Source of the DNA: Mobula hypostoma
Taxonomy: Eukaryota
Reading direction: 5' to 3'
Length of the DNA stretch: 64,000 nucleotides
Assembly: GCF_963921235.1 (NCBI RefSeq)
Contig: NC_086097.1
Coordinates: 156,118,001 to 156,182,000 of the forward strand
Shown: piece by piece, positions 24,075 through 36,290 of the stretch
How the letters are laid out: each line of letters begins with the position of its first letter
Position numbering within the stretch: position 1 is the first letter of the stretch
The notes under the pieces: generated by a model
What the model was told of the DNA's origin: nothing
The model's database searches: none
The model's input: only the letters and a program-made list of their open reading frames with translations
Made by a program: the position numbers and the translations under genes

Positions 24075-24612
24075 GCTTCCTACAGTATCAGAGTCAACTC
24101 CTACAACCACCGCAGAGGAGGTCCCGGAACCTGAGATTGATTTCACAGTCACAAGTCTCACCAATCAGGCAGAGTGATCCCTATTGTCAGGAAAGCCATT
24201 ATCCCACAAGAGTAAGAAATCCTCCACAGCGATGAATCTTTTGGCATGAATGGGTCAATTTACAATTTATTTTGCTGTGGGTGTCTGTATATAGTGGTAG
24301 CATTAATATAATATACCTTGAATATAGCTGAGATGCATCCTCTATTGAATAGGAGTTTATAGCCAAGCATGGAGGAGTGTGTATTTAATATTTTAGTAAT
24401 AAGTAATTTTGGTTGATTAATATTCATGTTCATTTAAAATAATTCATTACCTGTTATATGTTTAAGTATATAAATTTGTTTTATATGTTTAAATCACGCT
24501 ACCAACAGATATGTGTGCTGCATTTAAAGTAATCCCAAAGTTCGACCCGCATTTTGGACTCCCTTATCTTCCTTTGAATTAGTTTAATATTTTGAAGCTA
24601 CAAAACATAACA
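24075..24612 (+). mobile_element. Gypsy (Mag-like) integrase C-terminus and LTR remnant
   Basis: Homologous to 39210-39500 (caaccacc..gaggaggtcccggaacctgagatt; tatcccacaagagtaagaaatcctcc). Confidence 0.65.
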
Positions 24613-24619
24613 TCACGCC

Positions 24620-26507
24620 CTTCAAGAGGCAGTTGTTGGCCTGCTATTGGGCTTTCCTGGCCACTGAGAGCCAAACAGCCTCTGAGCCAGTCATGTTGCA
24701 ACCACATCTCCCTATAGTGCAATGGGTAAAGTCCGACAATGCAAGTCACAAGGAGTGCCGTGCCCAATGGCCTTCAATCATTCCATGGAAATGATATATT
24801 GCAGAAAGGTTCTGACAGGGTGAGCCGTCTCCATGAACAGGTCATGTTCCCACCTGATAATGACCACGGCATACACGATGAAGTCCCTACAATTGACCTC
24901 TGGCCCATATGGTGGGGTAAACCGTACGATGATCTGAGCCCTGAGAAGAAGCAGCAGGTCTGGTTTACAATGGTTCCAGCCAATCCTCTCCACCCTGCTG
25001 ATGAGAGACAGGATCCAGCCAACTGGCTGATTTGTCCCATGACCCTGCCTGCCAAGAGGCAATCAAATATTGGAGACTCTACCAGCTCCTGAGCAGTGGT
25101 TAATAACATGGTGTTATGGATGCCTCAGTGGTACAAGCACAACTGGGAGGTGTATGGTGACCTTCCTGGGGCGCCCTTGTTCAGAACATATCTGGAGGGC
25201 CGCACACCAGCGACAGATTATGGTTCACTATATAGATGCTCACACTTCTCACTCCATGTAGGGGATTCAATCAGACAGTGGCTCACATTTTGCAGAAGCT
25301 AATGTCTAGGATTGTGTTGTGGAATCTGGCATTTCTTGGGTGTTTCATATCCCATATTACTTGCAGGCGGCAAGGGTGATCGAATGCGTGAATAGGTTGC
25401 TGAAGCTATCAATAGATAAAACTATTAGCCCCTAACCAAACCCTCCAGGATGGCTGGCTGTGCTGTAGGAAGCAGTGAACCACCTGAACTCCTAGCAAGC
25501 AAGTCCAGGTTGTCCCCAAAGTCTCAGCATTTAACAGTGTCGAATCCTCTGAAGCTAGAGGTGATGGAGATGGATGAGGAATCGGGCAAGTGTTGGGTGC
25601 AGGAACCCCAGGAGACACTGGTGCTGGGGGAGTTTTTGGCGTGCAGATTGGGAAATACCAATATCCTTTGATGACAAGGAAAAAGACTTTTGGGGGAACT
25701 TGTTCAGTATCTCAGGAAAAGCCAGGAGGGAGAAGTCTATTCGAGGCAACCTCACCCCATAGTATAGTAACAGCCTTAAAGAACTTCAGCTTCAGTGACT
25801 CTGATGGAGTAAGTTCTTTAAGGGCTGGAAATTTCCTATGCACAATTTGTTTAACCAAACGGTCCTAACTGTGGAAGTAATTCCCCAGCTGATAGGGAAG
25901 GGAAGGGAATATTGACGTATGCTGTATGACAGGCTCAGGTCTGAGGGCCAAGTTGTCACGTTGTCATGTCATTTGAGTGGTAGATTGTAATGTGAAGGGT
26001 TAACTTGCTTGTCGGTTAAAAGCTGCTTCTACGGTACCAGTGGTTGTTTGGCCCATTTGAAGGAAGTAGCAGCTCTCTCCAGCACTAGTTTTCAGTTCCA
26101 AGCACTGCAGGGATATAAAATAGCACGTGCAGGAGACTCTGTCTTTTTTGCTTGGTGTTCTCTTCAGACTGAGATTGCGACCAGTGCTGAAGAACTATTG
26201 GGACAATGTGCTGTAGATAGAAGGGTCCACATGCACAGTTAGGTAAATTACTGCCTGATGAATGTTTAAATTTGTAGTTGTGTAACTTGGGTAGAATTAA
26301 TAAATTATCCATTGAGTTAGAATTGGTACTGAATGCCTATTGTTGTAGACTTTTGTAACTTAGGGCGGCTCCGATGAGTAATTGTTTGATTTAGATGCTT
26401 GGTTGAGTGTTTCACTGTTTGTTTGTAAATATACAGTTAATGTGCTTACCCACAATCAGTGCCTTTAGTCCTACTTATCGAATCTGTGAATGTACTTCCT
26501 CATAACA
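24620..26507 (+). mobile_element. Endogenous retrovirus relic: class III (ERV-L/S-like) tether-RNase H plus 3' LTR
   Basis: WK*YIAER; VSRLHEQV; WGKPYDDLSPEKKQQVWFT(D)GS; AVVNNMVLWMPQWYKHNWEV; VHYIDAH. LTR at 25986-26507 (TGTAATG...CATAACA). Confidence 0.8.
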
Positions 26508-26509
26508 GG

Positions 26510-26812
26510 CACTGGATATAAAAGTCAGGAAGTCATCTTGCAGCCATGTAAACTTTTCAATTCGGCTTCATTTGAAGTCTAGTGCGGAATTCTGGCTGCC
26601 ACACTCTAAGAAGGTTATCTGAGAATCCACTGGGGCTGCAGGATAAAGAAGACATTTCAGGCCAAGACTCTTTGATGAGGATGTAGAAGAATCCTCATGA
26701 GAAGGATAAACAGGGCAAACAGATTCTTTTTTTCTCAGGGTAAAAAGGGGATGTGTAAGGCCGGTTTTCTGCACCGAGAGTTTTAGTTGCCTGGAATTAC
26801 CACCACTAAACA
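26510..26812 (+). repeat. Ancient CR1 remnant forming module D of the tandem array
   Basis: Homologous to 50990-51070 and 62745-63120. Confidence 0.6.
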
Positions 26813-27127
26813 TATATTTTGTGTTCTAAAAATAATAACTATTTTATTGCTATGTTGTTGGGTGTTGGTGTGGGGGGTGGGGGGGGTGCAACATGACCAT
26901 TCAATAGAATCAAAATGGTGTGACTCACTTTCCTGATCCACAGATACGGTATGATTTTATAATGTGGATTACAGTGAAACATACAATTAAATGTACCATT
27001 TGCAATACCAAACAACAGACCCAAGGATGTGTTGGGAGCAGCCCACAAGTTTTGCCAGACATTTCAGTGTCAACTTGATAGAACTACACAGGACACAACA
27101 AAACAGAGCACACCAAAGGACAAGACA

Positions 27128-27235
27128 ACTCCAGTCCTGCTGAAGGGTCTCAGCCTGCAATGTCAACTGTTTACTCTTTTCCATTGATGCTGTCTGGCCT
27201 GCTGAGTTTTTCCAGCATTTTGTGTGTGTTGTTAA
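27128..27235 (+). mobile_element. Penelope-like terminal repeat with a decayed hammerhead motif
   Basis: ctgctgaagggtctcagcctgcaatgtcaac..gatgctgtctggcctgctgagt..ccagcattttgtgtg. Confidence 0.6.
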
Positions 27236-27262
27236 ACAGCAAATCAAGCCACGTTCCTCCCT

Positions 27263-28108
27263 TTAACGGACTGGTGCAGAGCCAACAACCTGTCTGTGAA
27301 TGTGAACAAAACAAAAGAGATAGTTGTTGACCTCAGGAGGACACGGAGCGACCACTCTCCACTGAACATCGACGACTCCTCCGTAGAGTTCGTTTAGAGA
27401 ACCAAATTTCTTGGTGTTCACCTGGCGGAGAATCTCACTTGGTCCCTCAACACCAGCTCCATAGCAAAGAAAGCCCAGCAGTGTCTCTACTTTCTGCGAG
27501 GGCTGAGAAAAGTCCATCACCCACCCCCCATTCTCACCACATTCTGCAGAGGTTGTATCGAGAGCATCCTGCGCAGCTGCATCACTGCCTGGTTTGGAAA
27601 TTGCACCATCTCGGATCGCAAGACCCTGCAGCGGATAGTGAGGTCAGTTGAGAAAATCATCAGGGTCTCTCTTCCCGCCATTACAGACATTTACACCACA
27701 CGCTGCATCGTCAAAGCAAACAGTATTATGAAGGACCCTACAAAGCCCTCATACAAACTTTTCTCCCTCCTGCCATCTGGCAAAAGGCACTGAAGCATTC
27801 GGGCTCTCACGACCAGACTATGTAACACTCCTCAATACCCAGAGCCTGGACTGACACCAACCCACTGCCCTCTACTGTGCCTATTCTCGTTTATTATTTA
27901 TGGTAATGCCTGCGCTGTTTTGTGCACTTTATGCAGTCCTGGGTAGGTCTGTAGTCTAGTGTAGGTTTTGTGTTGTTTTACGTAGTTCAGTGTAGTTTTT
28001 GTATTGTTTCATGTAGCACCATGGTCCTGAAAAACGTCTCGTTTTTACTGTGTACTGTACCAGCAGTTATGGTCGAAATGACAATAAAAAGTGACTTGAC
28101 TTGACTTG
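27263..28108 (+). mobile_element. Rex1/Babar-like LINE 3' part
   Basis: [50 protein letters not shown] and a (GACTT)n tail. Confidence 0.9.
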
Positions 28109-28789
28109 AAATGTACAAACACAGTTCTTCAACCCCAGGACAGATCGTCTTTATCCCACAGCCTCCAGTGGATTGACGGATATTCAGCCTTCAACTTCAC
28201 AGCAGACTCACAGAAGTTTATAGACTCAGGGCTCCGGAAATCGCTCTTTGATTTCTGGACTTGCGATCAACCTTTGGGCTTCAATCTGGAATTCTGATCT
28301 ACCACACCCTGCTTTCATAGTTGATGCATGGCATCGGCCCAGGGCTCGCTAATGACAATGAATAACTACCAGAAATGTAAATCTTGAACTTCGGACTGAT
28401 TGATAATGTGACCCCGAACACCAGCCTTGAAGCCTGGTCTCATGGTTTGTTTACCAAGGGCATCACCAACCCTTGTTCTTCCTGCATCATGAAACTTAGA
28501 ACCCGGAACATAATGACCATGCCACCCTTTGTCCGTCCAGATCTGATAACCCGACATCTGGCCATATCCACATCACTACTCCATGTACATAGACATTCAA
28601 ATGTCAAGTAGTGGCTCAGGCTGCAGCCTGCTCTCTAAATTCCCCTCATCCCTGCCCCAAAACTAATCAGATACCAACTCACCTCTCTGCTCCTAAAATT
28701 ATCCCTATAACCCTAAAAAACTTAAACAAACAACACAGTCTTAGCCAAGGCCTCGACAAAGACCACAACTCTGCGCCATCTTTAACCCT

Positions 28790-29150
28790 CCTTACAAAAC
28801 CATATATTCATTTCCCTTCAGTGCTTCCATGAACAGTCATATCGGGTCTGAAGCCATTTGGGTATTCATCAAGATGCATATAATATCACTTTATAAGGTG
28901 AATACACTAATGCTTAGATTGATCATATCACGCGTATTGATGATACTCATCAATACACAGGAGATTCCAGTTTCTTTTTATCATTTACATACCATATCTA
29001 GATAAAAGGAGAGTAAGAATGAGTCCAAAGCATCCAGTGTTTTTGGTAATAAATACTCCCATTGCTGCTCTGTCTGCATAAATAGGGTGTTCATCTTCAG
29101 CTCTGCTGCTATCCCATTTATCCCATCTATTCCATCCACCTCAAGATTCA
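28790..29150. repeat. Tandem array module A, copy 1
   Basis: Homologous to 51405-51745 and 63205-63362. Confidence 0.85.
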
Positions 29151-29269
29151 CCAAAGCAAATCCAGCTGTGGAATGAAGGTAGCTGAAGTGCAAAGCACGG
29201 ATTCAACATCTGGTGAGACGATGGAGAACTCCAGCCAGGAAGCACCCCACAGAGCTGAAGATCTCTCTG

Positions 29270-29582
29270 CACTTGAGCTGCCCCAGTGTCAACTGTGATA
29301 AGACTGCTGAATGGATCCTGACCTGGATCTGGGCCGTACCCTCCAAATATCCAGACCTGCCTCTCGTTTTTTTTGCACTACCTTACTTCCCATTTTTCTA
29401 TTTTCTATTTATGATTTATAATTTGAATGTTTATATTTACTAAATTTACTATTTTTAATATTTAATGTTTGTAATCCAGGAAGTGGGAAGCACAGAATCA
29501 AATATCACTGTGATGATTGTACGTTCTAGTATCAATTGTTTGGTGACAATAAAGTATAAAATATAAAGTGTAAAGTATAAAG
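29270..29582 (+). mobile_element. LINE 3' end with (AAAGTAT)n tail
   Basis: AATAAA followed by tandem tail repeats. Confidence 0.6.
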
Positions 29583-29799
29583 AAGAGACCAAGTGAGTGC
29601 CCCTTCTGACACCCTAATCCATTCATCAAGGGTAGAGAGGATCAGATGGCCTAAATCATCAGGCAATGTATTTTGGTAGCATTTCAATGATGACCTGGAT
29701 TGCATCTTGAAAACTATATTGGCAGAACCTGTCTACTGGAAAATCGACTCCTTCACAGCCATTGTGTTCAACTTTGCTAAAGAGTGATTCAGCCCAATG

Positions 29800-32745
29800 G
29801 GGAAGAAAGGGGATCTTAATCCATCATGGCAACCAAAAAGGAGGGAAAGTGAAATTCGCCTCTTGAGGAGCAAGATAAAGACCCTGATCAAACAATCCAA
29901 AACAGTTCGCCTGATGAGAAAAATGTCAAAGATCTAAGCAGCAAACTGTGGGAACAGCTGCGCAAGCTCAGAAAGGTGGAGCAGCTGCAAAAGCAAAGAA
30001 GGGAGACAGAGAGCAGAGTGCTGTTTGTTAAAACCCAATCAGGTTCACTTGGGCTCTTCTCAGCCACCAAAAAATCTAGCACCCTAACCAGCTCAAAGCA
30101 GGAGGAAGAATTTCTGGGCAAATCACACAGCAATCCCTGTAGGAATCACAGACTAGAATTCAATCCGAAAATCCTCCAACCAAGAATCCTAGCAACTGAG
30201 CTGAATGTAGCAGGGCCTACATGTAGGAGGTCCAGGATGTCATCAAGAGAGCAAAGTCATCTGCCACCCCAGGACCAAGTGGTATAGTCTTCAAGGAATA
30301 TAAGAAATGCCCCTAACCTCCTCCAGGAGGTTGTGGAAGATAATGAGGAAGATTTGAACCAAAGGCTCTATTCCACCAAGCTGGAAAATGACTGAAGGAT
30401 GCTTTGCTCCCAAGGAAAAAGATTCCTCCATAATCATCCAGTTTAGGACAATCTCCCTCCTTAGCATGGAGTGCACGATGTTCTTCTCGGTGCTTGTGAG
30501 AAGGTTGATCTCTTACTTAATGGAGGACCACTCTATCAACACATCCATCCAGAATGGTGGCATCCCCAGTTTTTCTGGGTGCTTTGAACGCACCTCAATA
30601 ATCGGTCAATTGATTCGCGAGGCCAGGCAGAAGAAAGACAACCTAAAAGTCGTGTGATTAGATCTAGCTAATTCCAACAGATCAATTCCACATGTCCTCA
30701 TCCAGGATGGCTTGGACCACTACCATATCCCGCTAGAAACACGAGACATGATCACCAGCTACCTAGGAGGATTCAAGCTATGTTTCACTTCAGCCCACTT
30801 TACAACCAGGTGGCAAGACCTCCAAAAAGGGATTCCAATCAGCTCTACAATCTCCCCCATCTTGTTTGTCATGTGTATAATCCTTCACATATCAGCAGCA
30901 GGAGACGTAACCCAAGGCCCAGTGTTGGAACCTGGCATCTGACAACCTGCGGTACGGGGTTCATGGATGTCATCACAGTAACCACTGTAACCTACGTCAA
31001 GCAAGATGGGTATTGGAAACCCTGGACAACATAGCTACATGGGCTCAGATGAACTTCAAGGCCAGGAAGTCCAGATGCATGGTGATGAAAAAGGGCAAGG
31101 TTGTTAACAAGTTCAGTCTTCAAGTACAGGGATGTCATTCCATCCATAGAGGACAACCCAGTAGAGCGTCTTGGAAAGTTGTTTGATATAGCAGTGACAG
31201 ACAGTGCCAACATCACCGACGCTGTAAAGCAGACTGAAGACGGGCTGAAGAAGATCGACAAAACCAGACTCCCTGATAAATTTAAGATATTGCTGTACCA
31301 ACATGGTTTTCTGCCAAGGCTGCTATGGCTTTTCACTGTGTATGAGTTTCCCATGTCACCATAGAAGGCATTGAGAGGAAAGTTAACAAGCACCTGTGGA
31401 GGTGGCTGTGGATCCCCCTAAGTTTTTCTTCATTGGGGCTCTACATAAAATCAGGTAAGCTACTGCCTCCATTGTCATCGGTAGTGGAGGAGTTCAAGGT
31501 GGCAAAGTGTAGGAGTTGTGTTAACACTGAAGGGCTCCGATAAAAAGCTAATAAATCAAGCAGGAGTCATAAAAGATCGGGCTGAAAGTGGGTTCCAACT
31601 TGGCCATAGACCAGGCAGTGAGCTGCCTTCAAATGAGAGACATCATCGACAACCCATGCCTGGAATGGCAAGGCCTCAACTCTGCACACTTCCAAGGATG
31701 GGTGCAGTGCAAGTGTAAGGGACAGGCGTGACATGCTCCAGGCAGAGGTATGGAACTGTGAGGATGAAAGATGATTATCCAAGGCAATGGAGTTGGGGTC
31801 ACTGGGTGCCTGGACAAAATGGGGTCTTCCCAAGCACAAGATCACTTGGGCAGAGCTTTGGAGAATGGAGCCCTTCCGCATTTCTTTCCTCCCACAGTCC
31901 GTGTATGACACTCTCCCTGCACATCACATCTGCACACGTGGGGGCTGAGAGATGACACTAACTGCAAGCTTTGAGGTCAGTGCGGTTCACTGGCACCATA
32001 CTGTCAGGATGCAAAACAGCTTTAGCACAAGGACAGTTTTTGGGGGCGCCACGACGAGATCCTGCCATCCCTTGCTGACACACTGGAGCGGGAGAGGTGT
32101 AAAAAGAGACCAGCTGGCAGAGAGGCAAACAGGGCAATCATTTTCAACAATGAGAGGGACAGGCCAGTCATATCAAAGAGGCCTAAAGCCAATCTGGTCC
32201 AAACTGCCAAACCATGGGAGATGAGGGCCGATGTCAGGAAGAAGCTGCAATTTCCGGAGTTGGTGCAGACATAGTGGTCCATTGAAGACAAGAAAATCAT
32301 CCTGCTGGAGTTCATAGTACCACAGGAGGAAGGATGCAAGGAGGCTAACGGGAGGAAAGCCCTAAAGTACCAGTCCTTAGTCCAGGAGTATGTGGCTATT
32401 CCCTGTGGAGAGTTCTTGGCAAAGTCGGCATGGAGGTTACTGTCTGCTCTGGGCCTTGATGAAAAGAGCAAGAACACAGCAGCTCGCAGGATGGGGGAAT
32501 AGGAAGAGCCTTTTGCTGGATATGGAGCAAGTGACAGGAGTTGACCTGGAGGTCAGGAGCAGATGGGCAGTAACCTGGCCACCACTGCTGACCCACCAAC
32601 TGGAGAGTGTAGTGATAAAGGGGTTGAAACACTCTCTGAAGGTTGGGCACTACCTGACAACACCTGCTCCTGTCCAAAAGCTACAATTACCACATCAGGG
32701 AACTGGAGAGAGCACTCCGGTGTATGATGCAAGTGCTTAATAATT
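29800..32745 (+). mobile_element. Degenerate HERO/R2-group non-LTR retrotransposon (RT plus restriction-like endonuclease)
   Basis: EGCFAPKEKDS..QFRTISLL; TSIQNGGIP.FSGC; TISPILF; YQHGFLPRLLW; C-terminal KIILLEF.VP.EE..EA..RK.LKY. Confidence 0.85.
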
Positions 32746-32804
32746 TTGATGTCTATTTTGATCTTGTTAGTCTTGTTCTTCGTTAGATAAATAGAGTAAC
32801 AGAA

Positions 32805-33493
32805 AGATTGATTAGATTAGATTAGATTAGATAATGAGGACACTCAGTCCTCATTTATTGCAATTTAGAAATGCATGCATTAAAAAATGATACAATGTTC
32901 CTCCAGAATGATTCACAAGAAACACAGGACAAACCAAGACTAAAACTGACAAAACCACATAATTATAACATATAGTTACAACAGTTCAAACAAATACCAT
33001 AATTTGATAAAGAGCAGACCATGGGCACGGTAAAAAAAAGTCTCAAAGTCCCAATAGCCTCATCATCTCACGCAGGCGGCAGAAGGGAGGAACTCTCCCT
33101 GCCATGAACCTCCAAGCGCCGCCAACTTGCCGATGCAGTACCATTGGAAGCACCTGACCGCAGCGGACTCTGAATCTGTCCGAAAACTTCGAGCCTTCAA
33201 CCAGCCCTTCGACACTGACCACCGAGCACCATCCTCTGCTGAGCGCTTCGACCCCGCTCTGGCCACCAAGCAACAAGCAAAGCCAAGGACTCGGGGCCTT
33301 CCCCTCCGGAGATTTCGGATCACACAGTAGCAGCAGCAGCGAAACAGGTATTTCAGAAGTTGCATCAGATGTTCCTCCGTGCTCTCACATCTGTCTCCAT
33401 CAAATCAGGATTGTGCATGGTCCCCTACTTGACAAGTAACAGACATCACCACCGGAGTGGCTGCTGCGAGCTGTGTCGTGCCACCATCTTCTA
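32805..33493 (-). mobile_element. Non-autonomous retroposon with (TCTAA)n tail
   Basis: (GATTA)n on the plus strand at 32805-32833; GC-rich body; AAGATGG 5' motif. Confidence 0.65.
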
Positions 33494-33514
33494 CACACAA
33501 TGATAAAGGGGATA

Positions 33515-35335
33515 GAGATGGTAACAGAAAGATTGCAAGAGAAGGTAATAAGCATACACAATTACTTTCTGTAGGTGAAAAAGAAAATGTTAGCTTTCAG
33601 AAAAATTGAGATAAAGTGGGAATTTGGCTAACAAATGACAATCACTGGTGTGCATTATTTTCAGATCAGAAGTGTAGAAGAAGTAATCAAAATGTAAACA
33701 GAGTAGGGATGCTAGATGAGAGAGGTATCTTGGTCTGAAGTGAAACTATCAGCAGTAATAGGAGCAAACAGTCAGAGCAATGGAGCATAAAGAGATAATA
33801 CCCAGCATGGCTAGCTTTTGTATGATGTGCTCGGAATGCTCACTTACTGTAACTGGAATGTCTTGGGTTTGGTGATCGTTTATCACAGCAGATCACTCAC
33901 CCATAATAAATCAGGTCAAATTTACATCAATGTTGATGGATTCTCTAAAGGATTAGTTGTGCCAAATAACCAACAAGGCGATGTAGCTAAAAATCTGCTC
34001 TGTGGTTTCAAGTTTTGAATGATTTAGTTCATTTTCATAGTACGTAGTGAGAAAGTGATAATAACAAAAATATGGAGATTGACACATAGGAAATAAGACT
34101 GCATCAAAACTGCAAAGTAAATGGGATGAAAATTTTGTAATTAGGTAATGTTTCACTGATTACTCAGTTTATTACCAATCATACCATCCTGTGAAAAGTA
34201 TATTCTTCCATGTGATCATAATGCCACCGTGGGAAAGGCAGAATTAAAAATAAATGACTGGAAGTTTTCTGATTAGAAAAGGCCATTTGTCATTGGTGAT
34301 GATTGTTAGGATGTAGGATATTAGCAAGGATAATATAGATTAGTGGGACTGAGGTGCGATTGCCAGGGAATAGGCCTACTTAACTGTATGAAATCAGCCT
34401 TACTTACGCTTCTTATAAAAGCTTACTAAGGCATACTTGTGTGAAAGCCAGCGTGTAATTCTCAATTCATAAATAAAACATTCCATTTCAAGCAACATCT
34501 TGGTGAAATTCCTTTGCACCTCCAAAACTGCACATGGTAATATATCCACAGTTACTAATCAGTACTTTATAAATCTGTTCAATAATCTCCCTGCTCTGCC
34601 CTGATTAATGAAGGTAAATGTCTGGTATGACTTCTTCATCTCTTTAGGTACCTGTTATGTATTTGTGGAACAAGAATAACAATGAGCAGCGTGATTAAAT
34701 ATTTTAACTGAGTCATATTAGACAATGTACACACTGGGGAACTTACAGTACAGGATGTGACAAACTGGGCCCATGAAAACAAAAACATGCACACCCTCAA
34801 AAGCCCTCACAGAAAGAGACTGCCATGCACATGAAGCGTTCATCTTTAGCTCTACTGCTTCATTTTGGTACCATCCGACTTCTCACACCTATCCCCTTTA
34901 TTGTCAATCATTCATTCAACCATTTATCACCAGGTCAGTCATATCTAAACCCCTTTCCATCTCTACTCTAAGGAAATGGATCAGTAAAGCTGATGTTGGA
35001 CTAACTTGGACCAACATGGCAAGAGGTAGTGCATTCACCTGATAAGGTGCTATCAATTACATCATGATGAATACCAATTATGGCTATTCAGACAGTACAT
35101 GGTAGGATTTGTCTCTCATTGCAAGCATTCAAAGGTCTTTTTGAACCAAAAATAATAAAAACACATCAAAATCCATTGTATTAATTAACTCACCAATACA
35201 ATGTATGCATTACAAGATTTCCTAATCTCTCCATCCAGATACATTTTTACCTTTAAGGTGTCATGTTCTGTATCTCCAAGATTTTTTTTTGCCAATTTGG
35301 AAGCCAGAAACAGCTTCAGTTTATCAGCGATGCAT
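33515..35335. repeat. Tandem array module B, copy 1
   Basis: Colinear homology with 46080-47892 and 52290-54128, including a shared old CR1 remnant at ~34490-34655. Confidence 0.9.
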
Positions 35336-35464
35336 GTCCATAAGCCAGAAGAACAGAGTTAGGCCATTCAGCTCATCAATTCTGCCCAGCCATTCAATCA
35401 TGGCTTGCTTATTTTTAATCTCAACTCCATTTCCCTGCCTTCTCCCCTTAATCTTCAATACCCG

Positions 35465-36290
35465 TAGCAACACCATGGAAGACTATCAAAGCTTGCAACA
35501 GGATCTGAACCAGCTGGAAAAATGGGCTGAAAGATGGCTGATGGAATTTAGTGTGAGGTGTTAGATTTTGGGAGGACCAACCAGGGTAGGTCTTACACAG
35601 TGAAGAGCAGGGCACTGAGGAGTGTGGTAGAACAAAGGAATCTGGGAATACAGGTCCATAATTCATTGAATGTAGCATCACAGGTAGATAATGTTGTAAA
35701 GAAAGCTTTGGGCACATTGGCCTTTATAGATCAATATATTTTGCACATGAATTGGGATGTTATGTTGAAATTGTGTAAAACATTGGTGAGGCCTAATTTG
35801 GAGAATTGTGTGCAGTTTTGGTCACCTACCTACAGGAAAGATGGAGCTGGGATTGGATGAGCTGAGTTATAAGGAAATATTGAATAGGTTTGAACTTTAT
35901 TCTCTGGAATGTAGAAGGTTGAGAGGAGATTTGATAGAGGTATACAATGCGTATAAATAGCGTAAATGCTAGCTATCTTTTTTTTCCACTGAGTTTGGGT
36001 GAGACTACAATTAGAGTTCACAGGTTAAGGATGAAAAGTGAAATATTTGAAAGGAAATGTATGGGAAACTCCTTCACTCATAGGGTTGAGAGAGTGTGGA
36101 ACGCACTGCCGGTGCATGTGGCAGATGCGATTTTGATTTCAACGTTTAAGTGAAGTTTTAATAGGTACTTGGATGGGAGACCAGGTGGTGCTGGTCAATG
36201 GGACTAGGAGTTTAAAAGGTTTGGTATAGACTAGATCGGCCAAAGTGCCTGAGTCTGTGCTGTTGTTTTCTACGACTCTTTAACTCTATG
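35465..36290 (+). mobile_element. CR1 LINE fragment (RT C-terminus to tail)
   Basis: LQQDLNQLEKWAERWLMEF; KTLVRPNLENCVQFWSP; RVERVWNALP. Confidence 0.9.

Noticed and set aside
28818..28871. C/D box snoRNA-like TGATGA...CTGA on the minus strand in all three A copies (also 51434-51481, 63238-63291)
   Set aside because: Only 48-54 nt, no terminal stem, no purine before the C box, and the guide region next to box D varies. A snoRNA scan could revisit it.
33818..34018. 66-aa plus-strand ORF partly preserved between module B copies
   Set aside because: Stops occur in the other copies and substitutions are mostly non-synonymous, as expected for neutral DNA.
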